Shown here in pieces: positions 24,501 through 37,549 of a DNA stretch of 64,000 nt (positions are counted from its first letter, which is position 1; each line of letters opens with the position of its first letter). The notes beneath the pieces are model-generated. The model was not told the origin of the DNA, ran no database searches, and saw only the letters and a program-made list of their open reading frames with translations. The stretch is from Felis catus. Its lineage: Eukaryota. Made by a program: the position numbers and the translations under genes. Where the stretch lies: contig NC_058369.1 in assembly GCF_018350175.1 (NCBI RefSeq), positions 9,860,001 through 9,924,000 of the forward strand, read 5' to 3'.

Positions 24501-27500
24501 AATCCCTCCCGGTGGATGCAGAGCTCCCGGCTGCCCTCTTAGAATAAACACTCTCCTCCCAGCAGACACGGCCCAAGCAGGGCCTTCTCTGGGCCGGGGC
24601 TTTGCTATGAAGTCAGGAGGGAGGCTGGTACCCGGAGATGCTATCGGGCAGGCGCAGGTCGAGTTTCATGCACATCTCGCTGAGTGATTAACAAGGGAGC
24701 TGAGAAGGGGAGAGGCACGGGGGGCAACTGTCCTTGAGGGATGCTGGCTGGGAGCCCCCCGCCCCAGTCAGGATACCATCCATCCTGCCCCCTCCCTGTG
24801 GCCTGGCTTGGTCCCAGCAGTTCCAGAAGCCAGGGTAGGGTGGTGGGGCGCATATGTGCCTGCCTGCCTCCAAAGTGCTACCAGGAGCTAAGCTGCCAGT
24901 GCCACCTCCCCGGGGGGTCCCTGGCAGGACTGGAGGGTGGTGGGCAAGGAGGAGGGGTACCTATAGTGCTTCTAGCGCCCCAAGTGTTGCGCTACGGTCT
25001 TCCCGGGTAGCTGGAGACAGAAAGAACTTTTATCACCCCTGTTATTAGATAAGGCAAGCGACAGGGAAAGAGGAAGTGACCTGCTTAAGGTCACCCAGAT
25101 GGGAAGTGGCAAGACAGGATGCTGGCCCAGATCTGTGCCCACATAAACCTCACATCGTGCGTAGAATCCAGAGTCTCGGGTCATGCTTGGGCTGACACCC
25201 CAAGGACCGTGGTAAACAGTGAGGGGGGGGGTCAACGGGAACCCCAGAAGGGCCAGAGCATCGGGAACTGGGCCTTGGCTATGTGGGGACACAGGCTTGG
25301 GAGAAGAGCCTGGCCAGGGCAGAAGGGCAGTGCCAGGGAGCAGTGAGAACCTCAGGGACCAAGTCTGGAGCAGAGCTCAGGAACGTGTTATGCATTGGGG
25401 GGAGGGGGAGTGGTGGCCAGATGTGGGAGGTGGTTGTTGGGGGAGGCCTCTCATTGGCCACACGTGGGACACACACTGGGACAACCTCAGGCCTGCTTGG
25501 CCAGCTGCCTCTGCAGCCAGTTCCAGGAGATACCAATCCCTAGATCCGGCTAGAGTCCTCCCTCGTATCCACTTAGGCTTCCCTGAGCAGTGAGGGAGGC
25601 AGCCATCACTGAGATGGGCCCCCGGGAGAAACCTGAGAAAGCCCTGAGTCACGTGAGGGTCCTGGCACACCTGGCCCTCCGTGGGACACGGGGAGCCAGG
25701 CCCAGCCCAAGGAATGGCACCCAACCGAAGAGGCCTCTGACAGGTTTTGCCTAGTTCATGGTGGGCCACTGAGTGGAGGGCTGGCCCCAGCTACCTCCTA
25801 GGCCCGGGGCCTCCGATGAAAACGCCTTCAGTGGGACCTTCAGCGGGACCCTCAGCAGCTGGGAGGCCTGGGGACCTGCTGAGACCAGGGGATGGGGAAG
25901 CCCCAGGAAACAGTCTGGGATGGTCCTCAAGGCTGGGAGCCCCGGATCTGCCAGGCCAGGAGGGGGTGCCAGGCTGCACCATGAAGTAAGCAGGTGAGAT
26001 TCCAGAGTCTAATATTTGGATAAGGGGCTTCGTGTGTGTGCGTGTGCGTGTGCGTGTGCGTGTGCGTGTGCGTGTGTGTTGGGGCCTCTGCATCTGTCTG
26101 TCTGCTTTCTCCATTCTGGGCATGTGCATGAGACCAGGGAGGGCCCTGCAGCCTCAAGTCTATAGTCAGGAAGTGGCAGCTGGTTTCCTGTCCCTCAATC
26201 TGATGAGCATCACTTCCTCCCCGGGCCCTGCAACTTCCCCATTGAGACCTACTCACATCTCCAGGACCACGAGCTATGAGGGGGGGGAAGACTGAGGGAA
26301 GCCCCAGAGGCTTGATGACAAGCTGTCGTCCTCACGGACGACAGACGGGGCAGTCTGGCTCTCTCCCTCCCGATCCTTTGATCCTGAAATGACTTCCGTC
26401 AGGCGCTCTTGGGAGCGGCCCGTGGGTCCTGGGCCCCTCGTCTGCCCTGACCTTGGCTTCCCCGTCTGTAAGGCTCTCTTTCGGACACAAGTCTTCCCGG
26501 ACTCCCAAGGGCTCCAAGTGTGAGCTAAGCAGGGAAGACAGGCTGGCCGCAGACCCTCCTTCAGCCAGCCCTGTCTCCTGCAGGCCGGCTCAGTTTCACC
26601 TTCCTGCCGTGGCAGCCAGGGCCCGCAGTGCCCTCCTTCCACCTTGAGTTTCGGGCAAGAGGCTGGCAGCCTGTGAGGACAGGCACTTATGGATCTAGAG
26701 GGCTGGTCCTGAGCGGGGAAACAAGTTTCCTTCCCATCACCTCCAAAGACACCTTCGGGCAGAGCCCATGAAGTCTGGCGTGTGGTGTTGCTCTCAGTTG
26801 GGCTTCCAGCCTGGGCTCCAGGTTGGATCTGGCCCGCGCGCCCCCCTACCCCCCCCCTCCTCCTCCCTGCGTCCCCCTGGGTCCCTGGTCAGCTCGGATT
26901 GCTCTGGCTCTGAAGGAGCCCCTGGCACCTTGCCGCAGCCTTGACTGGTGTCAGTTACCTCCCCTACCCCCGCCGCCGCGCCTGGGATGGGCTCACGTGA
27001 CCCAGAGGCCACCCTTAGATGAAAAGAGACACTAACCCAGGAGAGGGTCATGGAGGAACCCTGGGAAATCACTGCGAGGGGATGGGGGAGGGGCCAATGG
27101 AGCAGCAGGTGGAATGACAAGGTACAGCCAGCCTCCTCTTCCTCAGAACAGACGAAGGAAGCATCACCCAGTAACCCTCTGGGGGACAGGCTCCCCGCCA
27201 CCGGAACAGGGAGCAGCGGGGAACAGAAAGCCCCCGGCACCACCGTGAAAGACAGACCAAAGAAGGAATCCCGAGTGTCACCCCCGTGGCCCATTTACTG
27301 CAGCCCGCCAGCACAGAGTGGCCCCACGGTATAACGGGGGACCAGGGGAGTGGGAGCAAAGGCCTGACCTCTAAGCACCAGGGGCTTGCTCCCTGGGCAT
27401 GCATCAGGGAGCACAGGAGAGGCTGGGGGCGGGGAGAGAGGAACATGCCAGGAGTTGGGGGTGCCCTAGGGCCTGGAGCCATGTGCCCTTTCCAAACCCT

Positions 27501-30500
27501 TGCCCTGAGGGCCCTGGACCCCCAAAGCAGCAAAAACCAGCACCCAGGAAGTCCAGGGCCGATCAGATGCCCTGCATGCTGAGCGAAGTCCTCCCGCAGT
27601 GACAGGCGAGGCCTCCCGCCTGCTCTCGGCTGCCCAGGGCTGACCGAACGGGAAGGCTGTCATGGGTCAGGCTGGCACTCACGTGGGTGCTCACCAGTCA
27701 TTCCCCAAAGACCCAGTGGACAGAGCCCCGCCCTCAGGGATAAGGGGATGGGCGTCATCACTTCAGGTGACGATGAGTGTTAAGAAGAAAAATAAAGCAA
27801 AGTCAGGAGACGGAGCGAGCCGTGGAGGGTGGGGAGGTGTGGGCGTCAGGGAGGTGGCATCTGAGCAGACACCAGAACAGAGAGGACAAGCCACGGGAAG
27901 GTTTGGGACGAGCAGCGCTCCAGGCAGAAGGCGCCGAGAGCGCAAAGACCTGGAGGTCAGACCGAGCCTTGTGGGTTTTTAGAGCCGCAGGAAGGCCAGT
28001 AGGGCTGGAGCGGATGTGGGAGGGGGCAGGTGGGACCAGGTGGGGCTGGGAGGCTGGCAGATCTCCCAGCCAGAGTTGGAACCGCTAGGCACTTGTCGGC
28101 AGGGGATGTAGGAAGGGCGGAGCTTTGAAAGCCCTTTCCTTGTGGGAGAGGCCACAGGGGGCCAGCTCTCCTCAGGTGAGAAAGCCAAGGTCAGGGTTTC
28201 TCAGAGAGGGTTCCCAGGGCCACCTGCCTCCGAATCATCTGGGTTGAACTGGGTTGTGATGCGATTAATCAATAGTTGCCATCAGGCTCCCTCTTGGGCG
28301 CTGTGGGGGTGGATGGCGGTGGGTGAGGGCAGGGGCTGGATCAGGGTGGGGGGGGCGTGGAGGTGGGAGAGATGGTGGGTGCTGGCAGCATTTAGGAGGT
28401 GGGGCCAAGAGGTCTTGCTCAGGGATGGGTAGGACGGGAATCCAGGCTGGCCTGGGCCCGGGTGTGGTATTTATTAGGACGAGGAAGTCTCAGGAGAGGG
28501 CGGACTGGATGAGGGGAAAACGTCCAGAGTTCCATCTGGCCATGCTGGCTTGGGAGGCCTGTTCAACCCTGAACGGATGGGTCACAGGTGGCTGGGGTTC
28601 AAGGCCATGGCCCAGGGAGTGCTGTTAGCACCGAGGTGGGAGTGAAAGTGGACACCCTGGACAAGGCCACCCTGAAGGGACGGGAGGAGGAAAACAGCAA
28701 AGGGGGCTGAGAAGGGAGGCAGGAAGTGGGCAGAGACCAGGGCGGGAGGGTGCTTCTGGGAGGAAGGGGACCAGTGCGTCAGGTGGCTCCCAGGGACCAA
28801 GGAAGCAGACCAGCAGACAGACAAGGTGGAGCTGTGTGGGCGGCTCCCAACTGGGGCCCTGGGCGGGGGGTGGGGGAAAGGCTCAGGCCAGCAGAGGAGA
28901 GAAAACGAGTTAAGGAAGGGAGGGGGAACCCTTCAAGGAATTTGAACTTAAAAGGAAGTGAAGCCGTGGGCAGCAGCTGGAGGGGTGCAGGAACTGGGGT
29001 TTCTGGTTAAGATGGGAGCTGTTTCACTTTTGCAGGCTGGTGGGAAAGATGTGCAAGAGAGGGACTGAGCCACGAGGCCCTGGAGGGGATGGCCTGGGAT
29101 TTTCAGAGCTGGTGGGCACAGACCCACCCTGAGAGCTGTGAGGCCAGCTCAGGGGAGATGGGGTCCTTCTTGGTAAGTGATGGCGCCTATCCCCAGTCCC
29201 CAGTGAGGTAGGCAGCAGGGTCAGGGATCAGGAGGGAGGAGTGAGATGAGATGATGGAGGTGAGGGTCGGCTTCTTGCAGAGTTGGGAGGTGGGGTATGC
29301 TGGTGAGAAAACCCAGCAGGATAACTGGGCAGTGCTGGGAACCTGCTGGAGATCTGCGACCTGGGGACCCTGGCCATGTCCATGGCTGGTGCTCTCAGCA
29401 TGGCTCTCACATGACATCCCTCCAGGCCAGTCCCTGGGGTAAAGAGTCACCACGTTGAGCCCCTGCTTGCCCCCACCCCCACCCCTCTCTGGAGACCCCG
29501 ACACTGCCAGGAGCCTAAAGGATGCTGCTCGGGGCTCCGGCTACATCCGCTCTGGTCCCCTGGGGCCATGTCAGTTGCCACATATCACTCTATATTGTCC
29601 TATCTTCCTAAACCCGGCCTTGACCTGCCCCTTCCACAGCCTCCCAGGATGGCTTTGCGATTCCCTCTCCTTCCCTTTCCATTCTGGAAGGATTGAGGGG
29701 CTTCAAGGCATTCTCCCCCTGTCCTACCCCCACCCCACCCCTCGGTGCACACTGGAAACCACTGAAGATGCCCAGTCCTGGTCTGAGCTCTGCCTCCTCA
29801 GGGGCGTGACTCCCTGCCCTGACCCTCTGCTCCCAGTCCCTCCTGCTGGGCCCATCTCTAGGACGTGGGAAAGATGGTCCAGGCAGGAATCACGGACACC
29901 ACGACTCAAGCTTCCCGGCCACTTTCTCTACAGCCACAGGGGAGACTGCAGTGAGAAACAGGGGTCCTTGGCCACGCGATCAAGAAACTGCCCAACCAAC
30001 AGCCTCCCTCGGCCCCTGGGTCCTGTCAGAAACAAAAAGGGTGCACCTCTGGGGAGGCCTCCCGGCTGACCTCCCCAAAGTGCCCCCACGAATGCCTCGC
30101 ATGAAAGGAGGGCAGGCCGTTCGCCCTCCATCTCCAACAGACGTTTGCAAACTTTAAGTCCTCCGCCCAGTCCTTTCCTCAAGTGGCAGTTTACTTGGGG
30201 ACAGAGACAGAAACAGCTCTAAGGGCCGCCCTGGTGGAAAGGAGTTCAGGCGCACAGAAGCCTCGTTGCTTGGCCTGACCCCTCCTTCCCCAGAAATGCC
30301 CCCCACCACGTCCCCCCCCGGGGGCCCCAGCAAGTTTGAAAGCTGCCGTGCTGTTGACAGGCACAGTGACAGAGGGAGGGCGTCCCTGTGCCCCCCTCCA
30401 TCCAGGACGCAGGGCTCCCCAAAGTCCTGTCCGAGTCGTTCTCAGAGCACCCCCGGCTCCGAGGACATGTCCACTTACCAGAGACGGTGACCACGATGTA

Positions 30501-30785
30501 CTGCTGGGACGCCGGGGTCGGGGTGGGGGCGCCAGCCGGCTGCGAGGGCGTGGGGGTGGCCGGGAGCTCCGTCACATACTGCTTCTGGCTGCCTGGTGGC
30601 TGTGCCTGGGGCTGGGGGCTCTGCAACTCAGTGACATATTGGGGCTGGGGGGTAGCCGCGGCGGCAGGCGGCTGGGGGGGCTGGGGCGCCGCTGCTGGCG
30701 GCGGTGGTGGCTGGGGCTGGGCCTGTGGTGGCTGGGATGGTTGTGGGGCTGCCTGGAGCTCAGTAACGTACGCTGGTGTTGCCAT
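7744..30785 (-). CDS. RFX1: Regulatory factor X1 (winged-helix X-box transcription factor), 975 aa canonical splice form
   Basis: Coding exons 5'->3': 30785-30479, 23754-23645, 23428-23345, 22675-22568, 21600-21484, 20397-20302, 18703-18609, 15797-15413, 13207-13026, 12031-11912, 11822-11707, 11454-11336, 11246-11137, 10847-10696, 10603-10506, 9209-9060, 8974-8766, 8340-8187, 8096-8051, 7913-7744 (TAA). Total 2928 nt with all phases compatible. Contains the [11 protein letters not shown] start, the RFX DNA-binding domain [44 protein letters not shown], the dimerisation domain and the acidic tail ending LFVQALPSS*. Confidence 0.97.
9465..9724 (-). mobile_element. CAN-SINE (SINEC) with expanded (GA)n
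   Basis: Reverse-complement head cacccaggtgcccc; (GA)n at about 9545-9597. Confidence 0.85.
9780..9925 (+). mobile_element. L2 LINE 3' end
   Basis: gctggcacacagcaggtgctcaataaatgcatgctgaagaaatgaatgaat. Confidence 0.6.
13305..13478 (-). mobile_element. CAN-SINE
   Basis: tttatttatttttgagagag...actgagccacccaggcgtccc. Confidence 0.85.
13580..14200. mobile_element. MER3-like element interrupted by an old L1 3' fragment (about 13640-14070)
   Basis: MER3-like halves (caccgtccaaca..tttaaattaattt and ctcagttccttggt..tagccacatgtggcc) flank L1M-like sequence ending tcctatgaatctacaattatacc. Confidence 0.45.
14435..14652 (-). mobile_element. CAN-SINE
   Basis: Full body; approximate target-site duplication aaggg(t/g)(c)ggtattta at about 14401 and 14655. 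Confidence 0.88.
14688..14905 (+). mobile_element. CAN-SINE
   Basis: ggggcacctgggtggctc head, CT tract and A-rich tail; target-site duplication aaaatc(g/a)ctccagacccc at about 14669 and 14909. Confidence 0.88.
15521..15568 (-). repeat. RFX1: Imperfect (GGN)16 poly-glycine coding repeat in RFX1
   Basis: 16 consecutive Gly codons, mostly GGC. Confidence 0.85.
19524..19907 (-). CDS. RFX1: Candidate RFX1 alternative cassette exon (128 aa, Pro-rich)
   Basis: Acceptor tttgtcctccag|AGC, donor AAA|gtaggt, 384 nt, phase 0/0 matching the flanking exons, no stop codon, CpG-island-like. Confidence 0.65.
26032..26078. repeat. (GTGCGT)n/(GT)n simple repeat
   Basis: Alternating purine-pyrimidine tandem repeat. 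Confidence 0.85.
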
Positions 30786-30791
30786 GCCAAC
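30778..30791. promoter_or_regulatory. X-box-like RFX site GTTGCCATGCCAAC overlapping the RFX1 ATG
   Basis: 13/14 match to the palindromic X-box GTTGCCATGGCAAC. Confidence 0.5.
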
Positions 30792-31289
30792 AGTGGGGGA
30801 AATGATAATAAATAAGGCTTTTTTTTTTTTTTCTTCCTTGGGAAGAAGGGGAGGGGGGGGAACAAAAAAAAAAAAAAAAAAAAAAAAGAAGGAAAAACAA
30901 GAATTAATCTACAGGCGGAGGAAACCAGGGGCAGCTCCTGGCTCCCTAGAGACACGGTTAGGTTCATCGCTAACTTAATTAAATCCTGAGGCTGGAGACA
31001 ACCAACCCATCACTGCAGGGGAACTGGTTATGGACTGGGGCTGGCCCACGCTTCTTCCACTCACCCCTGTCCAGGGCTTCTGCCTTCTTCCTTCCCAGCC
31101 TCGGCTGCCTGGGGGACCCCTGTGTCAAAGGAGGGTGAGGGAGGGTGGGGTCTTGGGCCCTCACCCAGAGACAAATGGTACACTTCTCCTGAGGGCTCCT
31201 GCAGACTGGGCAAGGTGCTGAGTGCTTTCTCTCCATTATTTCATTTTAAACTTTGCAACAACCATGCCTGGGTTTGGGTTTGCTCCTGC

Positions 31290-31350
31290 CAGATGAGGAG
31301 CTGAGGCTCAGAGAGGTTAAGGAGCTTGCCCCAGGCCACACAGCAGGCTG
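31290..31350. mobile_element. MIR fragment
   Basis: cagatgaggagctgaggctcagagaggttaaggagcttgccccaggccacacagc is the MIR core. Confidence 0.65.
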
Positions 31351-33432
31351 AGGCTGAGTCCTGGGCACTCTGAGCACCTGAGTAGCTGGCTAATTGTTGG
31401 AAGGTAAGGTCGTGGGGAAAGCTGTCTCGCAGCCAGCCTGCCCCAGTTCCCTACATGCCTGCTCTTTGGGCTTGGATTCTTGGCTGGGTATCATTCCCAG
31501 TGGGGTGCCAGACAAGGGAAGAGTGTTTTTGAGTCCAAAAAGCTCTTAGAGCAGCTTGTGGCCACAGAGGCTTTCAGGCCCTTGAATGGACCGTAATGGG
31601 TTACCATAGCAGATGTGAGCTCATCACAGGAAGAGTGCCCTTCCGAGTCTAGGGGCACCGGGCTGGGAGCAGGCCCCGGCCACAGGGCAGGCTCAGCAGT
31701 CACCGCTGACCTCAGAACGGGGCCGGCCCAACCAGGCAGAGGCAGCTTTTCTGGCTGCTGAGGGGTCGTGGGTCCCGCTCCCAGGTACTGGGCTAGGCAC
31801 CCGCCCCTCCTGACGAGCTCAGTCCCTTCTAGCTGACCGCGCCCCTCCCAGTGCTAAGCCCCACCCCCGCAAGCCCCACCTCCCTCTCACCAAGCCCAGA
31901 AGATGGGCAAACGGTTCCCCACCCCCCCCACCCCCGCCGCCGCCGCCGCCGCCGCCCACACTAACGGGTGCCATCCCCAGCCCCTGAACATCTGAGGACA
32001 GCGGAACAAACACTGGGGTGGTTAACAGAAGCTCCAGCCCCCGTATCTTCGCGGCCCCTGCCAGCCCAGGATAGTATTTGAGTTTGACAGCCCTGCCCGT
32101 GGTCGCCTGTGACACCCGTGGGCACTCCAGGCCCCGATGGCCGCTGAACCAGAGGCTCTCCTGCGCTAACCCTTGAGCACCTGTGTGCCATCGCGCGCCA
32201 ACAGGCAGCCCTCCGGCCACTGGTGACGAGGAGTGGGATTTGCAAGGGGAAGGGTTTGCAAGTGGGATTTGCAAGGGGAAGGACGCGGGGGGGGGGGGGG
32301 GGGGGGGGGGGGAGGGGAACAACTCTTGGTTGACCGGCAGCCCCAGGAGCCCTGGCTGCGATCACCTCTGCACAGCAGCCCCATGACGGAGGAGCCACCA
32401 TGGCCATTTTACAGATGAGCAAAACCACGCCAAGGGTGCCCAGCAACTGGTAAGAAGAGGATTTGAACCCGGGTCTCTCTGAGCTCCAGATGTGTGCTCT
32501 TAACTGCTAGCCCCACCCCGGGAGCCAGGCGCAGGGCTCACTTACTTCTCTCAATCAGTACATAGCATGTTCCCTGTTTTCCAGATGGGGATACCTGAGC
32601 CCCATGCACAGAGATTAAACACCTGTCACGCGCAAGACAATGTCATCATCCTGCAGCCCCTGCCCTCCCAAAGTCTTCATGCCAGCATCAGAGGGGCTGC
32701 CTTATGGGGGCTCCTCACACCATCAGGTCCAAACTCCGGCTGAGCTCAGGGGCTCGAGTCACGGCTGCTGATCAGTGTCCGTCTGTTTGGGGTCAGAGCC
32801 ACCTCGACACGAACCCTGACTGGTCTCTTAATTCATGAACACGTTACTGACCTTCCGCTGGGCCTCAGTTTCCCCATCTGTACCTGGGGATGAGGAGGAC
32901 ACCGATGCATAGGGCTGGTGTAAAGGTCCGACGAGACAAGCCCAGCACCCAGTAAGCCCTGAGAGGTGGAAACCACTATTCTCCTTCTCATTGAACAAGT
33001 ATCTGTGCCACATAGAGATGGAGGGGGAAGGGGAAAGAGGTCTTAGAAAGAGGTGCCCAGGGGGACTCCAACCCTGGTGTTTGTTCATCAGCATCACCTA
33101 CGGAGCTAGTTAAATGCAGGCTCCTGGGCCCCACTGCCCAGAGTCTGGGATGGCCCCAGAGTCTGCTGTTTGAGCTAACTCTCCACCAGATGATTCGAGG
33201 CAGGTGGCCCTGGGGGACGTCTGTGAGAAACCCTGGCCTGGGCTTTTCTGAGCCCCAGCACGGCTTGCTCCTGGGGTACCTCCCACAAGGAAAGGACTTT
33301 AAAAGCTCCACACTTGCAGGTGCTTTCTCCTCCTTGAGGTGCAAAGCCCGAAGGCCTCATTCCTTCCACTCAGGGGCAGGGGAAGAAAGGGACAATGAAG
33401 GCTGAACAGCGAAATTGAAAAGGAGGAGGGGA

Positions 33433-33635
33433 GGGGCGCCTGGGTGGCTCAGCCTGTGAAGTGTCTGACTTGGGCTCAGGTCACGATCTCACTGTTTGTG
33501 AGTTGGAGCCCCGCATCAGGCTCTGTGCTGACAGCTCAGAGCCTAGAGCCTGCTTCAGATTCTGTGTCTCCCGCTCTCTGCCCCTCCCCCACTCGGAGTC
33601 TGTCTCTCTCTCTGTCTCTCTTAAAAATAAATAAA
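33433..33635 (+). mobile_element. CAN-SINE
   Basis: ggggcgcctgggtggctcag head, CT tract and aataaataaa tail. Confidence 0.88.
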
Positions 33636-34009
33636 GAAGGGGAGATTAGTGAAACAGTTAAACCAACTTCTCTATTGGCAACTGTCATTGCCATCAGTCT
33701 CCAGGAAGGGCCATACAGGATCCCACGTTTCCCACGATTGTGTGACCAGGAAGCCCTTTTCTTTCCATTCGTGGATGAGTAGGTTAAGCACTGTTCTGCA
33801 AGGTGCTCCCTAGAGAGAAATAAGTCACGAATATTTATACGGCATGAGACCCCTTTCTTTACAGAGCAGGGCACACAGAACAAGGGAATCACTCAGCAAA
33901 CCTGTTCCTTGGCAATGAAACTGCCAAGAAAGTCACCAATGGCTGTATCTATCTTTCAAAGTCAGTATCTGTTTTTGGAGAATGTTTGCGTCAATCACTG
34001 AATCAATCA

Positions 34010-34290
34010 ATCTGTGGGCAGGCAGCCTCTACTGCAACTACTCAACTCTGCCCTTGCAGTGAAAGCAGCCATAGATAATATGTACACAAATGAACGCAGC
34101 TATGTGCTAATAAAACTTTATTTATAGACACTGAAATTTGAATTTCATATCCTATCACGCCAGGACATTTTATTCATGCCACACAATATTCTCCTTTTAG
34201 ATTCCCCCCCCCCCCCCCACCCAATCTCTTAAAAGTGTAAAAATCATTCTTTGTTCACAGGCCACACAAAACCAGGTGGCAAAGTTTGCC
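34010..34290. mobile_element. MER58-like hAT DNA transposon remnant
   Basis: actactcaactctgcccttgcagtgaaagcagccatagataatatgtac...aataaaactttatttat resembles MER58. Confidence 0.55.
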
Positions 34291-35044
34291 GACCTCTGTT
34301 CTGGATGCCAAATTCTACAACCAGATGGTTTATATTTTGGGCAAGGCCCTCCGAAGGAAATGGAAAGAAAGCTCACTTTCCTCATCCGTAGAATGGCTTC
34401 AATGGGGAACTTGCAGGGGAACAGGGAATTTAAATATCATGATGTGCGTTTCCTTGATCCTCTCTAGCCAGTTAGTTTTTAAGACTTCTCTGTAATTCCT
34501 CCAAAACAGATCCGAAGGCTGGACACTTCTCTCCACTTTCATCAGCCAATCCCAGTTGTCAGACCCCCACAACACTCTCATTCCTGGCTCCTAGCTCCAG
34601 TCTCGCCTCTATAGTCTTTAAGATCCTTTGAAAACACAAATCCTATCTTGTCACTCTTGTATTCAGGAGGTCCCAAGGCTCCTATCACGGAAATTAAATA
34701 AAATCCAGAGCCCGTCCCAAGACCTCTGGGGCCTTGAGGCATCTAGCCCCTCAAGTCTCTCCTTCTCACTTTGAATGTTCTAGTCAAACTGGCTCTTGCT
34801 CCGAGAATGTTCCATGCCTCCTCCTGCCTCAGGACCTTTGCACCAACTCTTCCATCTGACTGACATCTTCTCCTCACCTCTACTCCCATTCTCCACTGCT
34901 GGCTGCCTCATATCGTTCAGGTCTCAGCTTATATGTCACCTTCTTGGGTCTCAAGTGTGCCTCCCACCCCAAGTACTCTGAGGCATAGACTCCTGTTTGA
35001 TTTTCTTCCTGGACCTCTATTTCCTTATTTGCTTCTTTTTTCTT

Positions 35045-35068
35045 TTTTTAAACATTTATTTTATTTTT

Positions 35069-35107
<39 letters not shown>

Positions 35108-35268
35108 CAGGGGAAGGGCAGAAAGAGGGAGACAGAGGATACGAAGCAGACTCTGCTCTGTGAGCACAGAGCCCAATGCGGGGGGCCTGAACTCACGAAC
35201 CGTGAGATCATGACCTGAGCCAAAGTTAAGAGTCAGCAGCTTAGCCGGCTGAGCCACCCAGGCGCCCC
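35045..35268 (-). mobile_element. CAN-SINE
   Basis: tttattttatttttgagagag...gagccacccaggcgcccc. Confidence 0.88.
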
Positions 35269-37549
35269 CCCATTTTCTTATCCATAGTTCCTCTTCCTTC
35301 CATGACCAGAAACGCAAGCTCTCCCAGGGCCGAGACCTGGCCTGCCTTGCCCATCACTGACCTCCGGGTCCAGGACACTAACGGGCACGTAGTAGGGACT
35401 CAACTTTTACTGTCAAATGAGTGTCCACATGCCAGGAACACACTGTTAATGGGTGCCAAAGGTCAGTGTGAATCTACCAATGGACGAGACCTTGTGAAAG
35501 AGTTACTGCCTCCTGCCTCGGCCTGCCGGCAGCAGGCTTGTGCAGCAGGGCTGGGCAATGCCCCCTGGTCCAGAACGGGCTGCCCAGCCCAAGAAGAGCA
35601 TGTAGTGTGCCGTTGCTATCTGCAGGCTGCATCCCCGGGGAAGTCTGCCTGGCCCATCCCCGCGATGTGGAGACGTGTATGGGGAGGGGAGGGCAAGGAC
35701 TTCAGCTCCAGGGACGCCATTCCCACGACACCCACATCTCTGGCTCACCCAGCTGCCTCCTGGAAGCCTTGGGGCTGAGTCTGGGCCCAGGCCCAGGAGA
35801 ATTTTTTCTGTTTGGCTGCTCTCCTGAAGCGGGAGAAGGACTATTCAGGAGCGAGGGGAATAATCCTTCCCCACTAGAAACTAGAGTCCTGGTATCCAGC
35901 TTCCCGGGATCTCTGTCATCTGCCCACACAGCCCAACAAGTGAGTCAACCTTTAAAGCCACTAGGCTCTCGCCCAATTCAAAATGATAAAAATAAATACA
36001 AGCGGTGTAATTCGGAGGGCTGAGCAGGAGAGGACAATCATGATAATAAGGGTAGCCGCTAACACAGTTTGAGCAATTACTATGTATTTGATGTTCAACA
36101 TGGATTCTTTTATCGGGTCCATAACACAGGAATATGAGATTAAGAGTATTACCAATGGTCACTGTCCCTCGCTTGGACAAAAGGAAACTGAGGTTAGAGA
36201 AGTACAGTAACTCATCGAAGGGCACACAGCGACAGTTGATTGCGAGAAAGCGGCTGATTGCTTCCACAAGCAAACTAAACCAGTGCCCTCAACCCTAGTC
36301 ACAAGACCCCTCTGGGCTTGGGCCCTTCAAATGTAAAAGTTATGGGGGGGGGGGAGGGGGCAGTTAACAAACCTAGATAACTGCTAACATCGCCTTCTGC
36401 TCAAAGTTTGCCTTTCCAACAGGTGGTGATGACCTTTCTGGCGACTTGGTATTTCCAGTCTGGCTCGGAAAATTAATCTCTGCCTTTCTGAACTTTCAAG
36501 GGGTCCTGTCACCTCTCAAAGAGGAACGGGTCTAGAAAAAGTCCCGGAGAAGTGAGACCCCCCCCCACCCCTCCCCCCTCGTCTCAAATTCTTGACGGAA
36601 AGCCTTAGGAGAGCCTGAGACGATCCTTTTCCTCGAAGCTGATTGACTTTAAAAGAAAAGGGCTACAGTTTGCACACCGCCACTCAGCTCTGCTGATGCC
36701 GAGCTCCAAAGCAAGACAGAGAACAAGCAACGTGGACTTGGCCCAGCTGGCTATCTGAAAAAAATAAGTCCTTCCCCAAGCAGGTAGATCCTGTGGCCCG
36801 CCAAAGCAGTCGCTGCGATTCTCCTCTAACAAACATGGAACACTTCCCCTTTCCTCTAATCTTGATGTGCCGCTCCTGCCCACGTGGCTCTGGAGGCTGG
36901 TACCTCCTCAGTGACATGTGACCCAGCTGACACCAACTTGATTGACACAAAAACATGTGTCTGGCCAGGAGAAGCAGCTTAAGAAATCTAAGAAACTTCT
37001 CCAGGCGCCATTGGCTTCCCATTCCCAGAAAGGCAGACCTTGATGGGCAAGAAGGTTAGAAAATCGTCCCATCTCCAGAAACAAGTCCTCTGGCCAGGGA
37101 CGATACGAGGTCTAAGAGAGCGGTGCACAGAGAAGCAATCAAGTTTCTGTTCGACGACCTCAGTCACCCCAGATCACTCCTCCCCTGCCATGGGCTTCGA
37201 CTTCTGCAAACCAAATCCTTCCGGCTGAAGCCATATTCCTCGCCCACAGTTTCGCCATGAAACTTTGTTTTCCTTTGCTTTCTCTCCGAGGATAAGGGAG
37301 ATTTAGGAACAGACGGCAGTGTGGAAATCAAGATTAGCTAACAGTTCTATCAAACCATACTCAAAAATAGCACATAGCAGTAAAAGTTCAAAGATGAGGC
37401 CTAGAGAAATTCCTGAAAGGAGTCAGAAATCCCTGAAATGTAGAAAAGGGACGATGGCAATGATTCTCCCCACTTTACAGAATGGAAAACTGAGGCCTCA
37501 GATGTGGCAGCCACGGAGTACTGGGAATGACTGGGGTGGGGTGGGTTCT

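Noticed and set aside
30837..30910. Alternative RFX1 exon 2 acceptor at 30909 and a T/A-run hairpin
   Set aside because: The A run is better explained as the polypyrimidine tract for the acceptor at 30837; nothing supports the upstream AG or a functional hairpin.
32233..32315. Roughly 29-bp duplication (gtgggatttgcaaggggaagg twice) followed by a long G run
   Set aside because: Ordinary local slippage in an intron; homopolymer length is unreliable.
33905..33917. X-box-like GTTCCTTGGCAAT in RFX1 intron 1
   Set aside because: Weak match expected by chance; a similar word at about 14085 lies inside a MER3 remnant.
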